Source: Christensenella sp. UBA4247
GTDB taxonomy: Bacteria; Bacillota; Clostridia; Christensenellales; CAG-1252
NCBI GenBank assembly: GCA_002395405.1
Contig: DGWX01000022.1
Location: 4,039-60,690 of the forward strand
Direction of reading: 5' to 3'
DNA: 56,652 bases
Every line of letters begins with the position of its first letter. The stretch's first letter is position 1. The position numbers and the translations under genes were made by a program. Positions 35,307 to 44,517 of this stretch are shown here, one piece after another. A model generated the notes under the pieces. The model was not told the DNA's origin and did not search any database. It was given only the letters and a program-made list of their open reading frames with translations.

Positions 35307-36281
35307 ATGAAAGTTTGGAAGATCACGGGTGCGAGAACGCTCTCGATGGAAGAAGAAACGGGAGATTTGATCCCGTCGTACGTCAAAGTCAAAGTGACCA
35401 AACTCGGGCTGACGAGCGCGGATATTTCGGTTTACGAGGGTGCTTCGTCCGCCGTTTTGCCGATCGTTCCGGGGCGTATCGCAACGGGCTATATCAGCGA
35501 AGCGAACCCGGGAAGCCGCTTCCGCAAGGGCGAACGCGTTCTTCTTTCTCCTTATTTGAAAGATAAAAATGGAAAGCTTAAAATCAAAGGGCAGGATACG
35601 GACGGATACCTTGCGGATTACGTCGTCGTTCCCGAGGAATGCGTGTATTCCCTTCCCGAAAGCATAACCGAAGATATGGGCGTGTTTACCGAATATATTT
35701 CCATCGCCGCCGGCTTGACCGATAAGCTCGATTTGAAACACGAGCAGTATGTGGCGATCCTCGGCGCGAATGCGCTCGGTTTGATTTTCGCTCAACTTGC
35801 GATTTACTATCAGGCGATCCCGATCATCATCGATAAATCGGATAAAAAGCTCGAAACCGCCGCGGAGTACGGCATCTATTACAGGATCAATTCTTCCAAG
35901 CAGGACGCGCTTCGCCGCATTCGCCAAATTACTTGCGGCAGAATGGCGGATTGCACGATCTTCGAATGTCGCTCTTCCCAGCAGCCGCAGCTCGCCTTCT
36001 CTTTGACGGCGGAAGGGGGTAAGGTCGGTATCGTGGGTTACGATACGTTCGCGTTAAAGCTGAACGCGGATATTTCCGCGATTATGGGTAGGCAGCTCTC
36101 CGTCGTCGGGATCAATAACGGCGCCGCGGATATGAACGCCGCGATCAATTTGCTTGCGAACGAGGTCGTAAAAGTGGATCATCTCGTGGATAAAACGGTG
36201 GATTTCCTCGCCGCGCCCGTTGCTTTTACCGAGGCGATGGACGGCGACAATATGTATTTGAAAACTTTGATCCGTTGTTAA
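35307..36281 (+). CDS. medium-chain dehydrogenase/reductase (zinc-ADH superfamily) homologue lacking catalytic-zinc ligands
   Basis: Overall MDR layout. The GxCxSDxH position reads GLTSADIS. The GHE position reads PGRIATG. The GxGxxG position reads GANALG. GAAGGAG RBS. Confidence 0.65.
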   Translation: MKVWKITGARTLSMEEETGDLIPSYVKVKVTKLGLTSADISVYEGASSAVLPIVPGRIATGYISEANPGSRFRKGERVLLSPYLKDKNGKLKIKGQDTDGYLADYVVVPEECVYSLPESITEDMGVFTEYISIAAGLTDKLDLKHEQYVAILGANALGLIFAQLAIYYQAIPIIIDKSDKKLETAAEYGIYYRINSSKQDALRRIRQITCGRMADCTIFECRSSQQPQLAFSLTAEGGKVGIVGYDTFALKLNADISAIMGRQLSVVGINNGAADMNAAINLLANEVVKVDHLVDKTVDFLAAPVAFTEAMDGDNMYLKTLIRC

Positions 36282-36289
36282 ACGCGCAA

Positions 36290-36322
36290 AAAAAAATGAC
36301 TGCCGCCGGCAGTCTTTTTTTT
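36290..36322. terminator. bidirectional terminator between convergent genes
   Basis: A9, GACTGCCGCCGGCAGTC, T9. Confidence 0.7.
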
Positions 36323-36335
36323 ATATCCGGATCCA

Positions 36336-37676
36336 TCAAAACAGGGTCGGAAGATAGCTTCGCAAATAGGCGGCGATGGTTTCCGTTGCGGCGGAAGAAG
36401 CGGCTCGCTCGTGAGAGGAAACGCCGTCCGTCGATTCGAAAGAAAGGAGAGAGGAGAGAGCCGAGACGGCTTCTTCGAAAGAAGCGATCGGCGCGCCTTC
36501 GCTCGGTTTTTTGATTTCAAGATCGAAAAGGATCGCTACGAGCTCGGGATCGAGGGATAAAACGGAGAGCGCGTCGTTCAAAAACACTTTGCATTCTTCT
36601 TTTTGTTCGTCCGTCATCGAAAGATACGCGCGATACGCCGTTTGCAGTTTGTATATTTTTTCTCCGAGCGTAACGTCTTTCTCGGGGATCAACGTAAAAG
36701 TATCGCCGGAAGAATAGCCGAGAACCGTATCGGTCAAAGCAAAGTATTCGTCGAAGTCTCCCGCTTTTTCTTCGTAGTCGCTTTCGGATATTTCCGTAGC
36801 TTTCCAAGAATCGTACTCGTAGCCGTAATAAGTCGTGCGTTCGCGTTTTTCATACTCGCCGCCGAGGAAAACTCGGGCGGACGCTTCCGCGCAAAAAGCC
36901 GAAGCGAAGGAAAGAACGAATTCGTAATGCTCTTTCAAAACCTCGCCGAGACGCAGAATATAGGTTTTCGCTTGGGCAAGATGTTCTTTTTGCTCGCTCG
37001 TAAGCTCGACGTCGTACGTAAAGTTTTGAACGTAAGAAGAAAAAAGCCCGAACAAGTATTCTTTCGCTGCGTCCGATATGCCTTTCGCACGAAGAAGAGA
37101 GGAGGAGAACGTCATAAGAACGGTATTCAGTTCTCGCTTTCCGATCGCGGAATAGTCGCCGGTCGTCGCCGCAGAATAAAGAGTGTCGCCGTCTTTTTGA
37201 TTGATCCCGAAAAGAAGGGCCGCGGCGGCGCGGCAATCCGAAAGAGAAAAGGGAAGGGAGTCGTAAGCCTCGCTTGCCGCCGCATAGAACAGCTCGCCCG
37301 CTTTTTCGGGGCTGACCGCTTCGGATACGGCGCCGAGTGCGGCGCGATAGGCGGGGATCGATTCTTCGGAGAAAGCGTTTTCATAGACGCCCGTCAGCGC
37401 GGGAGCAATGTCCGTTGCTTTTTCCTTCAACGCGCGAAGAGAGGCGGCGGTTTCCGCCGTTTCAAATCCGGCGCTGTTAAAAAGGTCGAGAATTTTTTCC
37501 GCAATCTCCCGATTCAAACCTCCGTCCGGCAAAGCGCTCTCCGTCAGCTCGTTCGAAAGAGCGCCGAGATCGGCGGGCGAAGCGGGCGTTTCGCTTTTTC
37601 GTTTGCAAGCAAAAAAGCTCGCCGTAAGGGCGAGGATCGAAAGCAAAACGAGAAAAACGCGCGTAAACTTTTTCAT
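36336..37676 (-). CDS. lipoprotein, function unknown (446 aa, helix-rich)
   Basis: Signal peptide with lipobox LTASFFACKRK. No catalytic motif recognised. Confidence 0.55.
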   Translation of the reverse strand: MKKFTRVFLVLLSILALTASFFACKRKSETPASPADLGALSNELTESALPDGGLNREIAEKILDLFNSAGFETAETAASLRALKEKATDIAPALTGVYENAFSEESIPAYRAALGAVSEAVSPEKAGELFYAAASEAYDSLPFSLSDCRAAAALLFGINQKDGDTLYSAATTGDYSAIGKRELNTVLMTFSSSLLRAKGISDAAKEYLFGLFSSYVQNFTYDVELTSEQKEHLAQAKTYILRLGEVLKEHYEFVLSFASAFCAEASARVFLGGEYEKRERTTYYGYEYDSWKATEISESDYEEKAGDFDEYFALTDTVLGYSSGDTFTLIPEKDVTLGEKIYKLQTAYRAYLSMTDEQKEECKVFLNDALSVLSLDPELVAILFDLEIKKPSEGAPIASFEEAVSALSSLLSFESTDGVSSHERAASSAATETIAAYLRSYLPTLF

Positions 37677-37731
37677 ACTTTATTACTATATCATAAAACG
37701 AAAAATCCGTCAATATCGGGCAAAGCGCATT

Positions 37732-38685
37732 TTATTCTTTGTTTGCGGGGAGAGAGGGAACCTTTTCGAAAAGTTCTTTCGTTTCGGTCAAAACGATCGC
37801 AACGAGCATGATCGCGAATCCGATCCATTCCCTTGCGGTCAGTTTTTCTCCGAGGAAAATAAGCCCGCCGATCAAAGAGAAGCAGGATTCGAAACTCATA
37901 ATCAAAGACGCGGCGGTCGGGTTCGTTCCTTTTTGTCCGAGGATCTGGAAGGTATAAGCGATGCCGCAGGAGCAGATCCCCATATAGAGGAAAGAAGGAT
38001 AGAAGGAAAGCAGGGTCGAGATCGAAACTTTTCCGAGGTCGAAAATCAAAGCGGCAACGAGAGAGAAAAAACCGCAAAACGCAAATTGGACGGAACTGAG
38101 CTTTACGCCGTCCGTTTTGTTCGTAAAGCGATCCACGACCGCGATATGCGCCGCGAAAGCAAAGGCGCAGGCGATCAAGCAAATGTCGCCCGCGTTTACG
38201 GAAAACTTGCCTTTGACACAAATGAAATACAACCCTACGACGGCGAGCGCGACCGAGATCCAAATAACGACGCCGCTTTTTTTACCCGTAAACAGTCCGA
38301 TGATCGGAACGAGGACGATATACATCGCCGTAATAAAGCCCGCTTTCCCCGCTTCGAGGTTCATACTCATTCCGTATTGCTGTAAGTTGGTTGCGGCGAA
38401 TAAAACCGCGCCGCACACCGCGCCGCCGATCCATAGGTCTTTCATCGCGCGCTTTTTCTCTTCGTGAGAAAGAGGCGCCTTGTCTCCTTTTTTCTTCTTG
38501 ATCGCGTCCATAACGAGAAAAACGGGAACGAGAACGAAGGAACCGAGAAGAGAGCGGATCGCGGTAAAGGTAAAAGGCGGGATCTTGTCCGTTGCCTGTA
38601 CCACGAACGCCATGCCCCAAAAGAACGCCGCGACGAGCAGCATCAAATAGCGCAGTAATTTGGTTTTGTTCAGTTTGCGATCCAT
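37732..38685 (-). CDS. EamA/DMT family transporter
   Basis: Ten hydrophobic helices in two EamA-like halves. N-terminus LLVAAFFWGMAFVVQ. Confidence 0.8.
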   Translation of the reverse strand: MDRKLNKTKLLRYLMLLVAAFFWGMAFVVQATDKIPPFTFTAIRSLLGSFVLVPVFLVMDAIKKKKGDKAPLSHEEKKRAMKDLWIGGAVCGAVLFAATNLQQYGMSMNLEAGKAGFITAMYIVLVPIIGLFTGKKSGVVIWISVALAVVGLYFICVKGKFSVNAGDICLIACAFAFAAHIAVVDRFTNKTDGVKLSSVQFAFCGFFSLVAALIFDLGKVSISTLLSFYPSFLYMGICSCGIAYTFQILGQKGTNPTAASLIMSFESCFSLIGGLIFLGEKLTAREWIGFAIMLVAIVLTETKELFEKVPSLPANKE

Positions 38686-38691
38686 AATTCA

Positions 38692-38720
38692 AGGGTAAAA
38701 AAAAGAGGGCGAAAAGTCAA
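38692..38720 (-). promoter_or_regulatory. promoter placing the EamA ATG at the predicted +1 (leaderless)
   Basis: Minus strand: TTGACT, 17 nt spacer, TACCCT, 6 nt, ATG (38685). No SD. Confidence 0.4.
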
Positions 38721-38757
38721 ACGTTTTCGCGCTTCGTTCCCCGTTTAGCTCGCGTTA

Positions 38758-38786
38758 TTGACAAAGAAAAAACGAAAGATTATAAT
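38758..38786 (+). promoter_or_regulatory. consensus promoter placing the ybaK ATG at the predicted +1 (leaderless)
   Basis: TTGACA, 17 nt spacer, TATAAT, 6 nt, ATG (38793). No SD. Confidence 0.6.
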
Positions 38787-38792
38787 CTATTT

Positions 38793-39257
38793 ATGGATAA
38801 AACGAACGCAATGCGCATCTTGGAGCAAAAAGGACTTTCTTACGAGGCGACCGAACTCTCTTCGATCCCGAAAGACGGGGTGGAGGCGGCGGCGCTTATC
38901 GATGCGGACGCGGCTTCGGTTTTCAAAACGCTCGTTACGGAAGGGTCGGATCTGTCGCATTATGTGTTTGTGATTCCCGTTGGGGAAACGCTCGACCTGA
39001 AAAAAGCGGCGAAAGCGGTCGGTGTAAAAAGCGTGTCGATGCTGCCGCAAAAGAAGCTGTTTCCGCTGACGGGTTACGTACACGGCGGTTGCAGCCCCAT
39101 CGGAATGAAAAAACAATTCGTAACGGTGTTTGACGAGACGGCGCTTTTATTCGATCGGATCTATACCAGCGCCGGCAAGATCGGCGTGTTTTTGCGTACT
39201 TCCCCCGAAGCGTTTCGGGAAGTAACGGGCGCCCTCTTTCGCGATATCGTTATGTAA
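38793..39257 (+). CDS. ybaK: Cys-tRNA(Pro)/Cys-tRNA(Cys) deacylase YbaK/EbsC
   Basis: MDKTNAMRILEQKGLSYE.., GYVHGGCSPIGMKK. Length 154 aa. Confidence 0.8.
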   Translation: MDKTNAMRILEQKGLSYEATELSSIPKDGVEAAALIDADAASVFKTLVTEGSDLSHYVFVIPVGETLDLKKAAKAVGVKSVSMLPQKKLFPLTGYVHGGCSPIGMKKQFVTVFDETALLFDRIYTSAGKIGVFLRTSPEAFREVTGALFRDIVM

Positions 39258-39269
39258 AAGGCGGGTTTT

Positions 39270-39935
39270 ATGGCGGATATCATCGTTTCAAACGTTTCGA
39301 AAAGTTTCGGAGATAGGGAAGTTTTGCATTCCGTTTCGTTTTCCGTTCGATCGGGGGATTTTTTATCGATCACGGGAGAGAGCGGAAGCGGAAAGAGTAC
39401 GCTCTTGTCCGTTATGGGCGGCGTTCTTCGCCCCGATGCGGGAACGGTTACGATCGGAAAAGAGGAGATCACCTCGCTTCCCGAGAAAAAACTCGCGCTT
39501 TTGAGGCGTACTTCGATCGGATTCGTGTATCAGTTCTTCAATTTGGTTCCTACGATGACCGTTCGCGACAATATTCTTTTGCCTCTTCGCCTTGCGGGAG
39601 AGAAAATCAAAGATCATCAGGAGAAACTCGAAGAACTCGCGGAATATACCCGCTTAACGAAAGTTCTTTCTTCTTACCCCGAGACCTTGTCGGGCGGCGA
39701 GCAACAGCGGGCGGCGATCCTTCGCGCCCTGATCCATAACCCCGAGGTCATTTTCCTTGACGAACCGACCGGTAATCTCGACAGCGAGAACGCGAAAGGC
39801 GTTATGGAACTATTGACAAAATTGAACGGGGAACTCGGCGTGACCGTCGTTCAGGTCACCCACAGCGAAACGGGCGCTTCTTACGGAAACAGCCGCATTT
39901 CGGTAAAGGACGGCAGGATCGAAACATGTTTCTGA
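39270..39935 (+). CDS. ABC transporter ATP-binding protein (MacB/FtsE-like)
   Basis: Walker A GESGSGKST, Q-loop, signature LSGGEQQR, Walker B IFLDEPTGNLD. Confidence 0.9.
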   Translation: MADIIVSNVSKSFGDREVLHSVSFSVRSGDFLSITGESGSGKSTLLSVMGGVLRPDAGTVTIGKEEITSLPEKKLALLRRTSIGFVYQFFNLVPTMTVRDNILLPLRLAGEKIKDHQEKLEELAEYTRLTKVLSSYPETLSGGEQQRAAILRALIHNPEVIFLDEPTGNLDSENAKGVMELLTKLNGELGVTVVQVTHSETGASYGNSRISVKDGRIETCF

Positions 39936-42259
39936 AAAGTCTTTTGCTCTCCGTAAGAAAAAAGGTCGGGGAGCCGATTTTGATCTTTCTTTCCGTGGCG
40001 CTCGCCGTAGCGGTTTTTTTATCCGCCGTCGCTCTTCGCGAATCCATCGAAAAGGAAGCGATCGCCTCGTATCGCTTTTTGTCCGGGAAGGCGGAGATCG
40101 AAGCGAGCCTCTCGCCCGATCTTGATCTTTATTATTTAACGGATTCTTCCGCGGAATTTCAGCGTTTGAAAGAGAGCGCGGACAGCGTGGGGGAGCTATA
40201 TGCCGGTTTTTTCTTTTATGCTTCGTGTGAAGGGGCGAAAAAAGCCTTTACGCGCTCTTACGCGACCGACTTTTCTTCCCTCGGATCGTATAATCCCGTT
40301 TCGTGTTTGTCGGGCGAAGTTCCGACCGGTAGGACCGGCGCGGTCATTTCCCGCGCTTTCGCCGATAAGATCGGCGCAGCCGTCGGTTCGGAGATCCTCC
40401 TTTCCCGATACGGTTCGGGGCAGAAGATCGCGCTTACGGTAAGCGGGATCGCGGAAGAAAAGGGCGTGTTTGCGTCTGCCGATCTCGTTCTCTCGGAGCG
40501 GGCGGCGGGTCGGCTGTTTTCCCTCGGAGACGGCGCGACTATTTACAATCGGTTTTTCCTCGATTATTCCGATGAAAAACTTCGAACGGCGGGAGAAGGC
40601 GAAAGAAGCGCTACGGAGAGGATCGGAAGAGAGAATCCTTCGTTCTCTTTGTCGTCGCCGGTAAACGAGGAGAACGTCGGCGTAACGTTAGCGTATCAAG
40701 GAACGCTGATCGGGGTCATTGCCGCCCTCGTTGCCGTGATCGGCGCGGTGTTTATTTATACGGCGGTCACTCTCGTTTTGAAAAACAGGATCGGACTTGC
40801 CTCTCTCTTTATGACCGCGGGCGCAACGAAAGGTCAGCTCTTTTTCTACCTCGCCGCCGAGATCCTATTATACGGCTTGCTCGGATCGATCGCGGGCGTT
40901 TTTCTTTCTTTCGGGATCAGCCGCCTTTTCGCCCTTGCGGGTTCGTTTGCTTCGGGAGTGATCCGACCTTCTTTTGCGCTCGTTGCGCTCTCCGTCCTTT
41001 TCGGCGTTTTGTTGTCTTTTCTCTCCTCGCTCATTCCCTTGCTTCGCCTTACGAGGACGTCTCTTTACGACGCATTGCATTTTTCTTCGCCCGTATCGAA
41101 GATCGGCTTATATCCGTCGATCGTCAGCTTTTTGATCCTTCTCCTCTTTACCGCCGCGACCGCGCTTGTTCCTTCGTCGCTTTCTTTCGGATTCGGCGTC
41201 GTTGCGTTTGGGGCGGCGTTTGCATTCGTTTTCTTCGCGGCGCCTCTTTGCGTAAAAGGCGCAAACGCTTTGATCATGCGCGCGGTCAAGGACGGGAAAG
41301 CCGGGATTTTGTACGTGGCGTCATCGGGAGCGAAAGAACAAAAACATTCTTTTGCGGGCGCTCGCATTCTTGCCGTTGCGTCGATGGCGGTGATCGTGGT
41401 CTCTCTTCTTTCGGGAGAAGCCGCAAGCCAGCTTCGCGCGTTTGAAAAACTTTTCAAAACCGAAATCGTTATGACGGCGCCTTCCGGAACCGCTTCCTCT
41501 CTTCTCGGATCGGTCAGGCAGGAGGATCAAGTGGAAAACGCCTATCTTGCCTACCTTGAAAACAAGTGCGCGGTGGGCGAGGGGAAAAATACCGTTACCT
41601 TTATCGCTGTTCGCGCGCAAGAGGCGGAAGAAGCGCTCGATCTCTCCGTTTTCGGACTTTCCCCTTCCGCCATCGCGGGGGAAAGAAAAATCGCGATCAG
41701 CCGCGGCCTCGCAATGAAACTCGGGGTGTCGGAAGGCAAAACGCTTTCGATCCGTCTGAACGGAGAATTCGAAGAATTTGCCGTTTCTTATTTGATGGAT
41801 ACTCCGCTGACGCTTGCGTTTGCCGATTTGTCCGGGTTATCCATCGGCGCGAACGCTTGCCTCGTTAAGGGAAAGGATCCCGCGCTTTTCGAAGCGCTTT
41901 CGGAAAAGTATTCCACCGTATCCGTTTCCGCGAAAACGAGAGACGTGTTTTCTTACGTGATCTCGCTGGCGGATTCCTACCTTCGCGTGTTTCGTGTTTT
42001 GAGTATTCTCGTGGCTTTGTTTGCGGCGGCGGGATACGTAAACGCCTATCTCGCTTCGCTCCGCGATCGAAAAAAAGAATTCGACGTTTTGGCGGCGGCG
42101 GGCGCCGGGAAAAAAGAGATCGCAAAAATACTCGCTTTGGAAAACACGGTGGTTTTACTTTCCGCTCTCGCGCTCGGCTTCCTTTTATCGGCAGGGCTTC
42201 TTTTCATCGTGCAAAATATGTTAAAAACGCTCGGTTTGTACTTTTCCCTTATCGGATAG
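39926..42259 (+). CDS. ABC transporter permease with two FtsX-like domains
   Basis: 777 aa with two extracytoplasmic regions, each followed by a cluster of TM helices. Overlaps the ATPase gene by 10 nt. Confidence 0.8.
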   Translation: MFLKSLLLSVRKKVGEPILIFLSVALAVAVFLSAVALRESIEKEAIASYRFLSGKAEIEASLSPDLDLYYLTDSSAEFQRLKESADSVGELYAGFFFYASCEGAKKAFTRSYATDFSSLGSYNPVSCLSGEVPTGRTGAVISRAFADKIGAAVGSEILLSRYGSGQKIALTVSGIAEEKGVFASADLVLSERAAGRLFSLGDGATIYNRFFLDYSDEKLRTAGEGERSATERIGRENPSFSLSSPVNEENVGVTLAYQGTLIGVIAALVAVIGAVFIYTAVTLVLKNRIGLASLFMTAGATKGQLFFYLAAEILLYGLLGSIAGVFLSFGISRLFALAGSFASGVIRPSFALVALSVLFGVLLSFLSSLIPLLRLTRTSLYDALHFSSPVSKIGLYPSIVSFLILLLFTAATALVPSSLSFGFGVVAFGAAFAFVFFAAPLCVKGANALIMRAVKDGKAGILYVASSGAKEQKHSFAGARILAVASMAVIVVSLLSGEAASQLRAFEKLFKTEIVMTAPSGTASSLLGSVRQEDQVENAYLAYLENKCAVGEGKNTVTFIAVRAQEAEEALDLSVFGLSPSAIAGERKIAISRGLAMKLGVSEGKTLSIRLNGEFEEFAVSYLMDTPLTLAFADLSGLSIGANACLVKGKDPALFEALSEKYSTVSVSAKTRDVFSYVISLADSYLRVFRVLSILVALFAAAGYVNAYLASLRDRKKEFDVLAAAGAGKKEIAKILALENTVVLLSALALGFLLSAGLLFIVQNMLKTLGLYFSLIG

Positions 42260-42350
42260 AGCCTTTTCGGCAAGTTTTCCCGCGGAAAAACCGGTTTTAA
42301 CTCGATTTATTAAAATATATAAATAAATTCCGATAAATGCCGAAAAATCG

Positions 42351-42379
42351 TTGACTTGCTTTTCGCGGGAAAGTATAAT
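42351..42379 (+). promoter_or_regulatory. promoter of rpmE
   Basis: TTGACT, 17 nt spacer, TATAAT. GAGGTG SD before the ATG at 42418. Confidence 0.6.
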
Positions 42380-42417
42380 AACAATACATAAAGTTATCTT
42401 TACGAGGTGTATAAATA

Positions 42418-42627
42418 ATGAAAGAATCCATCCATCCCGAGTACAGAAAAGCGAAAGTCGTTTGCGCTTGCGGCAATACTTTCGAAACGGGCACTACCAA
42501 AAAGGCGGACGTTATCTCCGTCGATATTTGCAATAAATGCCACCCCTTCTTCACCGGAAAGCAAAAGCTCGTTGATACCGGCGGCAGGGTAGAAAAGTTC
42601 AACAACCGCTATAACAGAAACAAATAA
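42418..42627 (+). CDS. rpmE: 50S ribosomal protein L31 (zinc-ribbon type)
   Basis: [30 protein letters not shown]. Confidence 0.95.
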   Translation: MKESIHPEYRKAKVVCACGNTFETGTTKKADVISVDICNKCHPFFTGKQKLVDTGGRVEKFNNRYNRNK

Positions 42628-42640
42628 TAAAAACGGAAAG

Positions 42641-42670
42641 TGCGTTGTTGAAACAAACAACGCATTTTTT
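42641..42670 (+). terminator. intrinsic terminator after rpmE
   Basis: 9-bp stem TGCGTTGTT/AACAACGCA followed by TTTTTT. Confidence 0.8.
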
Positions 42671-42732
42671 ATATCGAACGCTCTCCCCTTTCTGCGGGGA
42701 AAGAGCTTTCGGAATAGCGGCGAGGAAAGAGT

Positions 42733-44517
42733 ATGAGAAAATTCGTTTCCAAAATCGGAGGTCAGGCAGTTATGGAAGGCGTTATGATGCGCGGCGAAAA
42801 AAGCGTCGCCACCGCCGTTCGCACGCCTGACGGAAGGATCGAAGTGGAGACCGAGCGCGTTTCGCAAGAAGTGAAATGGTGGAAGAAGGTCCCCGTGCTT
42901 CGCGGTTTTATCAACTTTTTCGCGATGATGATCGTCGGCTCCCGCGTTTTGACCCGCAGCGCCGAACTTTACGGAGAGGATTCCGGCGAACCCACGAAGT
43001 TCGAGCTTTGGCTTGCGGAAAAAAGTAAAAAGAGCGTTATGGATATCGCGATCTTTATCGGCGTTTTGCTCGGCGTCGTGTTTGCGATCGGGCTGTTCGT
43101 CGCGCTTCCCGTCGGCGTCGTAAAACTTTTTGACCGTATTCCGGGCTTTCAAAGCGTGTTTTACGTTTGGCGCAATTTGATCGTCAGCGCGGTTCGTCTC
43201 TTGATCTTGTTTTCCTATCTTTTCCTCGTTTCGCTGATCCCCGATATTAAGCGTGTGTTTATGTATCACGGAGCGGAGCATAAGGTCATTACCTGCTTCG
43301 AGGAAGGGGAAGAATTGACGGTCGAGAACGCAAAAAGGATGCGCAGGGTACACGATCGTTGCGGAACGAGTTTTCTCGTTATTACGGTGTTCGTATCCGT
43401 AATACTGACTGCTTTTTTGCCTACTTTTGACGAATTCAGCGGGATCCTTTCCTTCCTGCTTCGTTTCGTAACGAGGCTTGCGCTTCTCCCTGTCGTTGCG
43501 GGAGTTGCTTACGAAGTATTGAAATTTCTTGCGAAATTCGATAACGCATTTGTGCGCGTTTTGAAAGCGCCCGGCCTTTGGTTTCAGCGCCTTACGACGC
43601 GCGAGCCGGACGAATCCATGCTCGAAGTTTCCCTGACCGCGTTTAAGACGGTTATGGAAATGGACGCGGACGAATCGATCCCGACTCGGAAATTCAATAT
43701 CAAAAAAGACTATCGACTCGTTCGCCGCGAAGCGCTTTCTTATCTTTCGAAAACGGGCGAAGCGGACGCCGTTGCGGACTGGATCTCGGTTCATTATCTG
43801 AAAACGGGAAGAAGCGAACTTTCCTCCGTCGAAAAGATAGACGAACCCGTTGCGGATAGGATCATCGCCGCCGCGAAAAAAGTCGGAGAAGGCGAACCGA
43901 TGCAGTACGTTCTCGGAGAAACGGAGTTTTACGGCGTAAAAATCAAAACCGATCCTCGCGCTTTGATCCCGAGATCCGATACCGAATTCCTCGTGGAGGA
44001 AGCATTGAAGTCCGAGCTTACCGAAGCGTCTTCCGTTCTCGATCTTTGTACCGGGACGGGGGCGATCGCTCTTGTTCTCGCTTTGAAAACGAACGCTTGC
44101 GTAACGGCGTCGGACGTCAGCGACGACGCGCTTTCTCTCGCGAAAGAGAACGCCGACGCTCTCGGCGCTCGCGTAAAGTTTATAAAGAGCGACTTGTTTG
44201 AGAATATAGAGGGAAAGTTCGATCTCATTACGGCGAATCCTCCCTATATTCCCAAAGCGGAAATGGAAAAGTTGGACGCGTACGTTCGCAAAGAACCCGA
44301 AACGGCGCTTTGCGGCGGCGAGGACGGATTGGACTATTACAGAGCGATCCGAAAAGATTGCCCGTCCTATCTCAAAGACGGCGGAAAGCTTATTCTCGAA
44401 ATCGGGTTCGATCAGGGAAACGCGGTTCGCGCTCTCTTTGAAACGATGGGAAGCGTTCGCGTGATCCGCGATATGGAAGATCACGATCGAGTGGTCGTTG
44501 TGGAGAAAAAATGTTAG
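42733..44517 (+). CDS. prmC: fusion protein: DUF1385 membrane domain + release-factor glutamine N5-methyltransferase PrmC
   Basis: N-terminal half: [14 protein letters not shown] and YHGAEHKVI, the DUF1385 hallmarks. C-terminal half: [35 protein letters not shown]. One uninterrupted 594-aa ORF. Confidence 0.8.
   Translation: MRKFVSKIGGQAVMEGVMMRGEKSVATAVRTPDGRIEVETERVSQEVKWWKKVPVLRGFINFFAMMIVGSRVLTRSAELYGEDSGEPTKFELWLAEKSKKSVMDIAIFIGVLLGVVFAIGLFVALPVGVVKLFDRIPGFQSVFYVWRNLIVSAVRLLILFSYLFLVSLIPDIKRVFMYHGAEHKVITCFEEGEELTVENAKRMRRVHDRCGTSFLVITVFVSVILTAFLPTFDEFSGILSFLLRFVTRLALLPVVAGVAYEVLKFLAKFDNAFVRVLKAPGLWFQRLTTREPDESMLEVSLTAFKTVMEMDADESIPTRKFNIKKDYRLVRREALSYLSKTGEADAVADWISVHYLKTGRSELSSVEKIDEPVADRIIAAAKKVGEGEPMQYVLGETEFYGVKIKTDPRALIPRSDTEFLVEEALKSELTEASSVLDLCTGTGAIALVLALKTNACVTASDVSDDALSLAKENADALGARVKFIKSDLFENIEGKFDLITANPPYIPKAEMEKLDAYVRKEPETALCGGEDGLDYYRAIRKDCPSYLKDGGKLILEIGFDQGNAVRALFETMGSVRVIRDMEDHDRVVVVEKKC

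Noticed and set aside
42400-44484. 694-aa ORF on the minus strand, the longest of many antisense ORFs.
   Set aside because: It lies exactly antisense to the well-supported DUF1385-PrmC gene. Its product is R/F/H/N-rich low-complexity sequence with no motifs. The open frame is explained by the host's apparent (by eye) avoidance of TTA, CTA and TCA codons, which removes stops from the complementary frame. It is a shadow ORF.
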